A program made the translations under genes and the position numbers. A DNA stretch of 33,791 nt. It comes from a virus (Duplodnaviria; Caudoviricetes). Shown here piece after piece: positions 27,019-33,791 of this stretch (its first letter is position 1; each line of letters begins with the position of its first letter). A model generated the notes under the pieces. It did not search any database, was not told where the DNA came from, and saw nothing but the letters and a program-made list of their open reading frames with translations. The stretch lies in the IMG/VR virus record IMGVR_UViG_3300049017_000027, positions 1 to 33,791 of that record, one strand, 5' to 3'.

Positions 27019-28014
27019 ATGACCAAGACCATGGGACGCCGCCGCCAATCCAATCTCGACCTGCCCCCGCGCATGCACGTAAAGTCCGAAACGTTCTATC
27101 ACGTCTCGACCACTCTTCCGCGCATCTGGACAAGTCTCGGCAAGGACCGCGGCGAAGCGCTCAGGCGGTGGGCGGAAATTGAATCGAAGGACGACAACGC
27201 GGTCACCCTGGTGTTTCTGATCGACGAATGGATGCGCGGCGATTCATTCGCCAAGCTGGCCGACAATACCCGGAAGCAGTACAACAGCGTGGCGAAGCAG
27301 CTTAAAGACTGCTTCGCCGACTTCCGGTCGGTTGCCGACATCAAGCCGCAACATGTCGCGCAGTGGCAGGACGACCACAAATCGAAGGTCAACGCCAATA
27401 CCGGCAAATCCATCCTGACAACCGTGCTGAATATCGCCATCCGCCGCGGACTGATCGAACGCAACCCGGCCAAGGAAGTCGAGAACCTGACCGTAGCCCG
27501 CAGAAAGCGTTACATCACAGACGCGGAATACCTGGCGATTCGCGAGAAGGCCCACCCCGTATTGCGTGCTGCGATGGATCTTTCGTACGCAACTGGAGCC
27601 CGAATTGGCGACATCCTTGAAATCAGGCTGAGCCAGATTACCTCCGAAGGGCTGACTATCCGCCAGGAGAAGACCGAGAAACTTCAGCTTTTTCGGCGTA
27701 ACGCTGCACTGGACAGGGCGATTGAGAACGCCAAGGCGATCAAGCGCCCCGTTCGCGGTCTATTCCTACTTTGCACGATGCGTGGACAGCAATACGACTA
27801 TCAGCAACTCAACCAATGGTGGATCAAGGCGCGGGAAGAAGCGGGAATACCCGATGTTCATTTCCACGACATTCGCGGCAAGTCGGCGACCGACGCCAAG
27901 CGCGGTGGGCAGGATTATCAAGCCCTTCTTGGGCACACTACGAAAGCCATGTCCGACAGCTATATCAAACTCGAAGATGCCCAGCTCGTCGAGCCTCTAC
28001 AAAAAATTCTTTGA
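27019..28014 (+). CDS. int: Tyrosine integrase, intact
   Basis: TGAR, EKT, HFHDIR, LLGH, DSY: full R-K-H-R-H-Y set; N-terminal arm-binding domain. Confidence 0.95.
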   Translation: MTKTMGRRRQSNLDLPPRMHVKSETFYHVSTTLPRIWTSLGKDRGEALRRWAEIESKDDNAVTLVFLIDEWMRGDSFAKLADNTRKQYNSVAKQLKDCFADFRSVADIKPQHVAQWQDDHKSKVNANTGKSILTTVLNIAIRRGLIERNPAKEVENLTVARRKRYITDAEYLAIREKAHPVLRAAMDLSYATGARIGDILEIRLSQITSEGLTIRQEKTEKLQLFRRNAALDRAIENAKAIKRPVRGLFLLCTMRGQQYDYQQLNQWWIKAREEAGIPDVHFHDIRGKSATDAKRGGQDYQALLGHTTKAMSDSYIKLEDAQLVEPLQKIL

Positions 28015-28017
28015 GCG

Positions 28018-28521
28018 ATGGGCCGCACAAGATCACCGGAAAACAAACTTCCGCCACACATACACAAAAAGTCAGGAAGCTATTATTTCGTAACACCAGA
28101 ACCAGATAGGCGCTGGATTAGATTAGGAACCAACCTTGCCGAATCAATCTCAACGTCGAAATCTCTGTCGAACAACTCAGTCCTGTCAGATGAAAATAGA
28201 ATTATCGAGTTCGTTTTCAAGAGACATAAAAGAACCGCGCACAGGACTAGAACAGAGTTTTCTATCGACCTAGAAGACGTTCGCAAATTGTTAGCCGATT
28301 CGCACTGGAAGTGCGAGTTCACCGGAATCCCGTTCTCGTTCGAAAAGATTGACGGCGCACACGCAAGACCTTGGGCGCCCAGCATAGATCGCATAGATTC
28401 ATCCAAGGGATACATTTCCGGGAATATCCGCATTGTTTGTTTCGCGGTAAATCTAGCGCTTAGCGCTTGGGGCGATTCAGTCCTAAGGCGAATAATCAAC
28501 GAGTCAAAGCAAGCGGATTGA
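28018..28521 (+). CDS. Integrase arm-binding-like domain fused to HNH/His-Me-type nuclease domain
   Basis: N-terminus aligns by eye with the Int N-terminus; C-terminus CEFTGIPF..SIDRIDSSKGY..GNIRIVC.AVN. Confidence 0.7.
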   Translation: MGRTRSPENKLPPHIHKKSGSYYFVTPEPDRRWIRLGTNLAESISTSKSLSNNSVLSDENRIIEFVFKRHKRTAHRTRTEFSIDLEDVRKLLADSHWKCEFTGIPFSFEKIDGAHARPWAPSIDRIDSSKGYISGNIRIVCFAVNLALSAWGDSVLRRIINESKQAD

Positions 28522-28525
28522 TGGC

Positions 28526-28826
28526 TTCTACAAATTTCTTTTGTAGAACGGTTTGAATTTTTGTAGAAGAATGGCCTTCAAACCCGCACCAATACTAGAC
28601 CGTGCGATAATCCTACTTTAGCTGAGCGAAATTGACCAGAAACCAATAGGCACAAGGCTTTCAGTGCCGTGAGCCGGTCAATCTTTCTACAAAATTCGAT
28701 ATAAACGCCCGCTTGAAACCCGCATGGATTCAATGGCGTTTTGTTTTTGTAGAAAGCTAAACGGGCATTTAGGCCCAACCGCGACGCCACAAAACCCCTA
28801 GCTGTAACGATCCGTCTTTTATAGAA
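28526..28826. repeat. attP-like region with TTCTACAAAA arm-type repeats
   Basis: Copies at 28526(+), 28539(-), 28559(-), 28685(+), 28745(-), variants at 28817 and 27995. Confidence 0.72.
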
Positions 28827-28859
28827 CACCAACTGCCACGCGGCCTGCCGGCTGATTCT

Positions 28860-28904
28860 TTGATTTTGACGCTTCAAAATGCGATACTTGATCGTAACTG
28901 TATC
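28860..28904 (+). promoter_or_regulatory. Promoter with GATAC-N12-GTATC dyad
   Basis: TTGATT-N17-GATACT; dyad 28883-28904 overlaps the -10. Confidence 0.5.
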
Positions 28905-28921
28905 TAATCGGAGCGCGTTAC

Positions 28922-29551
28922 ATGGCGAAAGCCCCTGTTGTTGAGCAGCATGAATTTCTTGATGCGGTCAAAGTCGCCGCCGTTACTGGCTTGGCGAAAG
29001 AGCGCGATGTCGCTTTGTTGTGGGTGGCTTACGGGACCGGCATGATGCCTATCGAACTGGCCCGGCTGACGGTCGGTGACTTCCTATCGGATGACGGATC
29101 GGTGCGGGTCGATTCGCAGATTCGAGCGGAGATCGCATTCAATGGGCAGGCCCGTCCGCTTTACTGGTCTGGCAAGAGCGTCGTGACTGCCGTGAGTGGA
29201 TACCTAGCCGCCAGAGAACGAGCCGGCCATGGCATCGATCATGAGTCGCCGCTGTTTCTCACCTACGACGGACATCCTTTCACCTTCACCCCACGGAAGA
29301 CCAAGGCCGGCAAAGACAGCTTTTCGTGTGAGTCGCTGACCGGGATCATTCGCCGGCTGCACTATCAGGCCGGGATCGAGGGCGGATCGGCGCTTTCTGC
29401 TCGGCGCACATTCGGCGTTCGACTGCACCGCAAAGGCTATGACTTGCGCCACATTCAGGTATTGCTTGGCGTGCAGTCAATTTCTGCCGTCAAAAAGATG
29501 GTGGAAGCCGACCCTGTGAGGCTCGGAGCCATTGTTTCGCGGGTTATGTGA
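28922..29551 (+). CDS. Catalytic-domain-only tyrosine recombinase homologue with substituted active site
   Basis: RD.ALL...TGM(M), SA(L)SARRTF, LLG(V).SI..VKK(M). Confidence 0.8.
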   Translation: MAKAPVVEQHEFLDAVKVAAVTGLAKERDVALLWVAYGTGMMPIELARLTVGDFLSDDGSVRVDSQIRAEIAFNGQARPLYWSGKSVVTAVSGYLAARERAGHGIDHESPLFLTYDGHPFTFTPRKTKAGKDSFSCESLTGIIRRLHYQAGIEGGSALSARRTFGVRLHRKGYDLRHIQVLLGVQSISAVKKMVEADPVRLGAIVSRVM

Positions 29552-29607
29552 CCCGCTTTTTTTTACTTTGTTAAATCGCAACAACGTCGATTTCGTGCAT
29601 TGTTACA

Positions 29608-29636
29608 TTGACATATGGCAAACTTTTTACTATGCT
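29608..29636 (+). promoter_or_regulatory. Strong sigma70 promoter
   Basis: TTGACA-N17-TATGCT. Confidence 0.8.
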
Positions 29637-29664
29637 GTAGTCAGATAAACGAATGGAGTGCGCC

Positions 29665-29910
29665 ATGGAATCAACAGCAAATGATCGAGTCGCATCAGCG
29701 CAGGTCGCTTGCGACAAAGCCGTCAGCCATTGGCAAGCCGCAGCGGCGGCTATCAATGGCGATGTCAGCCTCAATGGCTACGGAATAATCCGTGACCGCT
29801 CGGCTTTCCGTCAGAAACTCCATGAAGCACAGGCGCGCATCGCAGCCAGTCTTGCCGCTCTCGATGAGGTCGAGAGTTGGCCGTCTAGCGTCGATTACGA
29901 CGAACTGTAA
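29665..29910 (+). CDS. Hypothetical protein
   Basis: GGAG RBS, 81 aa. Confidence 0.6.
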   Translation: MESTANDRVASAQVACDKAVSHWQAAAAAINGDVSLNGYGIIRDRSAFRQKLHEAQARIAASLAALDEVESWPSSVDYDEL

Positions 29911-29919
29911 GGAAAATCG

Positions 29920-30138
29920 ATGACCATGGCGAAACAGAAACCGACCGGATTTATTGCGACATGCCAATGCGGAATGGTCGTTGGCGCGATGGACTACAGC
30001 CGCACAGAGCGCCGCGATGCCGGCAAGTTGCTAGGCCAGTGGCTGGCCGATGGCTGCACAGTGGAGCCGAGGTTTCAAGGCACATGGAGCGCCGATGTTA
30101 TGCCGTGCCGCTGCGACGATTCCTCTAACCAGAGATAG
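29920..30138 (+). CDS. Small Cys-rich protein
   Basis: AAGGA RBS; CQCG...PCRC. Confidence 0.6.
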   Translation: MTMAKQKPTGFIATCQCGMVVGAMDYSRTERRDAGKLLGQWLADGCTVEPRFQGTWSADVMPCRCDDSSNQR

Positions 30139-30141
30139 ATC

Positions 30142-30429
30142 ATGACCTGCATAAGACTCGGTGGGCGCGGATTTAACGGGATTATTTGCACGACGCCCGA
30201 CTTCAAGCCCGGCGACCAAGCCCCGGAAGGCTACTTGGCATGGCACGAATGGGCAGAGGTGCAGCACAAGGCCGGGCTTCGTCAAAAGGAATGTGGCCGG
30301 TGTGGAAAGTGGAGATACCCGCAGGAACTGAGCGACCAGATTGACCGGCGTGAAGCGCGAAGCCGCAAAGGCCCGGTTACGGTCGAAACTCATGTGTGCA
30401 ACCAGTGCGCAACACCCAGCGCGAACTAA
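30142..30429 (+). CDS. Small Zn-finger protein
   Basis: PEGYLAWHEWA..Q..CGRCGKW..CNQC. Confidence 0.65.
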   Translation: MTCIRLGGRGFNGIICTTPDFKPGDQAPEGYLAWHEWAEVQHKAGLRQKECGRCGKWRYPQELSDQIDRREARSRKGPVTVETHVCNQCATPSAN

Positions 30430-30447
30430 CTAGGAAAAGGAACGGTC

Positions 30448-30717
30448 ATGGCGAACGAAATTGACAAAAGCAAAACCTATTTCTGCCTTGGAAACGGAGA
30501 TCTCGGATGCGACGGGTGCGGCCAAGAACACAACTGGCTGGAGTTGAACAAGCTGCCAGATGAGTACCGGAAGCGGGCGCAAGAATCGTTCACAAGGATT
30601 GACGACACAGAATGCATTTTGCGCGGCCGGCCATGGTTTGTTCCGAGCGACGGGCAAGCGTTCGACCGTGGCGGGCAACGCAATGAGAACAATGAAGGCG
30701 ACCTAGTGTGCAACTGA
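30448..30717 (+). CDS. Small Cys-containing protein
   Basis: AGGA RBS; CLG..CDGC. Confidence 0.55.
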   Translation: MANEIDKSKTYFCLGNGDLGCDGCGQEHNWLELNKLPDEYRKRAQESFTRIDDTECILRGRPWFVPSDGQAFDRGGQRNENNEGDLVCN

Positions 30718-30721
30718 TGCC

Positions 30722-30787
30722 GCCGAACGGTTGAATTCACCTGCCTGCACGGCTTTTTGCGCAGGTCAGTGGAATGATGGGTTATCC
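30722..30787 (-). other. Integron attC recombination site
   Basis: Minus strand: R'' GGATAAC-5nt-L'' ATTCCACT..GACCTGCGC-AAAAAGCC-GTGCAGGCA..L' GGTGAAT-6nt-R' GTTCGGC. Confidence 0.75.
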
Positions 30788-30828
30788 GGCTCCCACCAAA
30801 GGCCGGAACTTGTTGGAGATAAAACCCA

Positions 30829-30975
30829 ATGGAAACCGCAATCAACGAAGCAATCAAAGCTCTTGCCGAGAAGGCCAAAACAGCGCAGTCCCATGAAGCC
30901 CTTCACTACACGCAGGCTGCTCTGAATCTGGCGCACGTGCTGCAGGTTAATAAACAGACCGCAATAATGAAGTGA
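30829..30975 (+). CDS. Small helical protein (48 aa)
   Basis: Not in ORF track; GGAG RBS; METAINEAIKALAEKAK...YTQAALNLAHV. Confidence 0.6.
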   Translation: METAINEAIKALAEKAKTAQSHEALHYTQAALNLAHVLQVNKQTAIMK

Positions 30976-31037
30976 AAGATGCCGGCATGATGACGCAAGA
31001 ATTCATGCCGGCCAACACCAAGGAAAAGAGGTGAAAA

Positions 31038-31274
31038 ATGGAACAAAGAAAAGTGATTGTCAGCCACATGATCGGGCACCAGATGGAAGGAACGCACCGA
31101 TTGAAATACGTTCTTGAGCCGCAAGGCGAGGCGACGTTTCACCAGTTCGGAGTTGGGTACGAGGAATTCGAAGCGGGGCCGGGAAACTTTACTACCGCAG
31201 TCGTTGAGTGGCCCGATGGTCGCGTCGAGAGCGTGCCCGTTGAGCATGTGCGGTTTGTGCCTTCTAACGCCTGA
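31038..31274 (+). CDS. Hypothetical phage protein
   Basis: GAGG RBS; FHQFGVGYEEFEAGPGNFTTAVVE.PDG.V; ends inside attC. Confidence 0.7.
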   Translation: MEQRKVIVSHMIGHQMEGTHRLKYVLEPQGEATFHQFGVGYEEFEAGPGNFTTAVVEWPDGRVESVPVEHVRFVPSNA

Positions 31275-31322
31275 GTTCAGGCGACGAGCGTAGCGAAGTT
31301 CGCCTGGAACGATGAGTTGGGC
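31262..31322 (-). other. Integron attC recombination site
   Basis: Minus strand: R'' GCCCAAC-TCATC-GTTCCAGGCGAAC-loop-GTCGCCTGAAC-TCAGGC-R' GTTAGAA; 5/6-nt spacers and two extrahelical bases on the R'' arm. Confidence 0.85.
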
Positions 31323-31343
31323 GGCAAATTTACGGAGATAAAG

Positions 31344-31598
31344 ATGAACGACGACGATCTGCACGAAGCCTGGGTGAAGCGGGCAATGAACCTTGCGCAT
31401 GAAGTGGCGCTTGCCTACAGCGGCATGAGTATCGATGGCGAGAATGACCACATGGGCGAATGGCACGCGGCACGGAATGCGCTGCGTGAGCACCTGATGG
31501 ACCAGCCGGCGAGTATGGCGCTGACAGACCCCGAACTTAGGGCCGGAATTGCGCTACAACTGAGCGAAATCGAAAGCCGACGCGAAACGATCCGATAG
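31344..31598 (+). CDS. Hypothetical protein
   Basis: GGAG RBS; 3' end overlaps the truncated integrase. Confidence 0.5.
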   Translation: MNDDDLHEAWVKRAMNLAHEVALAYSGMSIDGENDHMGEWHAARNALREHLMDQPASMALTDPELRAGIALQLSEIESRRETIR

Positions 31599-32537
31599 CC
31601 GCTGCGTAACCTTCTTCAGCGTCAGTCCGGATTCCTCGTCCATGAACGGGAACAGGTAAGCCGCCGGCAGCATGTCCCGCGTCGCCAAATAGTCAGATAG
31701 CGCCCGGTGCGCCTCCGGTCTGATCGGCACATCACGAAACACCACTTTGCCGCGCCACTGCTTCGAACTTTGAACGCGCATTACCCTGGATTTCAGATCG
31801 ACCTGGCCGCGCGTCAGCGTGTAAGCCTCGCGCAATCTCAGGCCGGAATACACAATCAGGATGAACATCGCCGCCATGGCATTGCCGCCGCGAAGATGCA
31901 GGGCGCACCGTCGGCCATCGGGCTTATGCCCCGATAAAACGGCGATAATCTTTTCTTCCTCGCCGGCATAAAGTCGACGATCCCGAGAAATATCAACCCG
32001 CGTCTTGCCGCCGCTGGCCGCCACCAACCGCTGATCGACCTCCGTATAAGTGCTATAGCCCTTGGGAAGCAGCCGAACCGGGTTCTGCATGACCACGTCC
32101 GGATTGTGTCGCAGGTACTCATCAATCGACCGGCCAAGCGCCTGGATGCGGTGACGGATCGAATTCGGAGCCAGGTTGTTCTTGACCTTGAGCCGCTGAA
32201 TATAGGCCGACAACCAGGCGTAGTTCGCATCAGATAGCCGCACCTCGCCAATCTCCGACATCAGCGAACTCAATGGCGATTGCTGCGTCGTTGCCGCCAG
32301 TCCGCTACCGGCCCATTGCCGGACGACATAGCCGATCGTCTTGCTCACGACCATGGCGGGCTTGAGCATTTCAGCCGGCGGCGCGATGTTGGCCATCTTC
32401 ATCAGGTGCCACTGCTCGGCATAATTGTTCGCTTCGGCTTCCGTATCAAACGTGAAATACTTTCGGCCACGGGGCAAAGAGGGGTGCCGCAAACCTATCT
32501 CCCACTTGCCGGATGGTTTCTGTCTTGCGCGCGCCAT
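31554..32537 (-). pseudogene. Second phage integrase, C-terminally truncated
   Basis: Arm-binding N-terminus, SGLRLRE and K present; stop before HxxR, H/W and Y. Confidence 0.78.
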
Positions 32538-32580
32538 CGCCTGTCCCTCGACTTGATCGGACGGCTATTCTATCGGTCTT

Positions 32581-32790
32581 GTGGCGTCTCAGCCGCCATT
32601 TCGTGGCGGCTGGAGCCGATTTGAGGGGTATTTGAGGCGGTTTTGATGATGGCAACAAGCGCATAACATACTGATTTAATTGTTTATTTTCAGAAACTCG
32701 CAAGCATTGCAGACGGCTACAAGATCGAACTCGTGCAATTGAAATCAACGACTTAACGAACCGACCGCCAAATCAGCCGCCAATTTGTAA
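32581..32790. repeat. Second attP-like region
   Basis: CAGCCGCCA at 32590, 32604(-), 32774, variant 32763; IHF-consensus sites 32664-32676(-) and 32743-32755(+). Confidence 0.68.
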
Positions 32791-32897
32791 ATGTGCCCTA
32801 CCGATTGGCCTGGCGCATCTCAACGTTCAGCCCCTTCATCACCTCGGCAATCATGTTCTCGATTTCCTTGGCTCTCCGCTTGTTGCCTTAAGTTGCG

Positions 32898-33092
32898 TCA
32901 CTCTTCCTTTGGTTTGCCGCCCTTTGCCCATCGGTAAGGCAGATAGAATCCTGCGGCAACAAACACCCCTCGAAGCGCGCCAGATACAACCCCGCCGCCC
33001 GTGTGGGCATCAACGTCTTTCCAGATTGCAAAAATTATGAGCACAACAACCCATGCCGCAACAGTTACAACCCACCTCAAAGAAGAACTCAT
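32898..33092 (-). CDS. Small two-TM membrane protein
   Basis: 64 aa, AGGGG RBS. Confidence 0.55.
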   Translation of the reverse strand: MSSSLRWVVTVAAWVVVLIIFAIWKDVDAHTGGGVVSGALRGVFVAAGFYLPYRWAKGGKPKEE

Positions 33093-33153
33093 AACAACCC
33101 CTTTTTTTCATGCCGTGAGTATAGCGCATTGGGGTATTTGCTATACTTGCTGA

Positions 33154-33318
33154 ATGGAAAGCGGCGCCGGATTCTTCATCGTCATCGGAATAGGCTTCCT
33201 TGGCTGGCTCATGTGGAGCAGTAAGACAGACAAGGAAGTATTCCTTTTCTACAGTTGGGCAACTCTTATCGTTGTCGGCACCCTAGGCACGGCCTACGAG
33301 TTCATCAAAAGACTGTAG
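33154..33318 (+). CDS. Small two-TM membrane protein (54 aa), possibly leaderless
   Basis: Not in ORF track; MESGAGFFIVIGIGFLGWLMWSS...YSWATLIVVGTLGTAYEFIKRL; TGcTATACT ends 6 nt before ATG. Confidence 0.5.
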   Translation: MESGAGFFIVIGIGFLGWLMWSSKTDKEVFLFYSWATLIVVGTLGTAYEFIKRL

Positions 33319-33791
33319 CTGCCCGTTCGTTGAACGACTTCATCGACGCTGTAATCCGCTCGTCAATCTCCTTCACCCTTGACTGATCGGCATCGCTCTT
33401 GATCATGTCGCGCTTGAGATAGCGAAGTTTTTGAATCGTGCGCTCGGCGTGATTGCCAGCCATGATCAGGCGCACCGCTGGATTTTCCTGCGCATACTCC
33501 CGCGCCTCGTCAAAACGCCTTTCTTCGCGCAGCCCTTTCATCTGGTTTTCGTGCATGTTGATCTGCTTGATGGCGTCGTAGAACTTTGCCGATTCGCCGG
33601 ATTGCCCGGAAGTGTCGCCAACAAAGCGGCCCACCAGCGGAATTTTGTAGAGTGGCAAATCCTCGCCGGTCATTGTTGCCCGCCCGGTCTGGAATACCTT
33701 GTTAGCCTCGCGCCCCACCCCGCCCGTCACCTGCCCGACCAGGTAATCAATCGAATCCGGCGACCAGCTCAACATGCCCGGCTTAAACTCG
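33305..33791 (-). CDS. C-terminus of large virion/ejection polyvalent protein (LPD38-like), 5' partial
   Basis: Frame open to window edge; SPDSIDYLVGQVTGGVG, IPLVGRF, FY motif. Confidence 0.65.
   Translation of the reverse strand, partial: EFKPGMLSWSPDSIDYLVGQVTGGVGREANKVFQTGRATMTGEDLPLYKIPLVGRFVGDTSGQSGESAKFYDAIKQINMHENQMKGLREERRFDEAREYAQENPAVRLIMAGNHAERTIQKLRYLKRDMIKSDADQSRVKEIDERITASMKSFNERAATVF

Larger units (their letters stand above)
1..33791. mobile_element. Temperate phage genome segment (podovirus-like; prophage or free phage DNA)
   Basis: Portal, terminase, Nin, replication, repressor, recombination and integrase modules; both window ends lie inside phage structural genes; no host genes. 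Confidence 0.95.

Noticed and set aside
28897-28913. LexA box upstream of the dead recombinase
   Set aside because: Only the CTGTA half-site; no CAG at the required spacing
28922-29551. Integron integrase IntI
   Set aside because: Too short, no N-terminal domain, no IntI-specific insertion, catalytic residues missing
30906-31493. 195-aa minus-strand ORF as the 'sense' cassette gene
   Set aside because: Crosses an attC site, has no clear RBS, and overlaps plus-strand ORFs with good RBSs and phage-like motifs
32700-32740. tRNA gene
   Set aside because: Only a T-arm-like fragment with a 6-nt loop; no cloverleaf

Overview
The whole window is temperate-phage DNA, about 58% GC by eye. It is probably a podovirus with a P22/933W-type portal and probably infects a betaproteobacterium (both inferred); no host genes are seen. 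From left to right: (1) a packaging/head module on the minus strand (scaffold N-terminus, a beta-rich virion protein, portal, PBSX-type TerL, TerS); (2) a short leftward HTH operon and a divergent block of 8 small genes; (3) a nin/replication operon on the minus strand (NinG, NinB, three DNA methyltransferases, replication initiator with iterons); (4) a CI-like repressor; (5) a long plus-strand early operon (Bet, YqaJ exonuclease, SSB, dUTPase, Xis-like protein, intact integrase, attP-like site); (6) an unusual 4.8-kb accessory region; (7) the 3' end of a giant LPD38-like virion protein. The accessory region is the main candidate for a new system. It holds an integrase arm-binding domain fused to an HNH-type nuclease, a catalytically dead tyrosine recombinase, a near-consensus promoter driving small ORFs separated by two canonical integron attC sites that lie ANTISENSE to the genes with no IntI in the window, and a truncated second integrase that keeps its own attP-like site. 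Regulatory motifs read directly from the sequence are a shared late-promoter motif (AAATGCTGGCTT-N7-ACAATC), a TTGCT-N8-AGCAA operator at four separate loci, and RBS-masking hairpins at terS and the scaffold gene. All family assignments come from motif recognition, not database searches.
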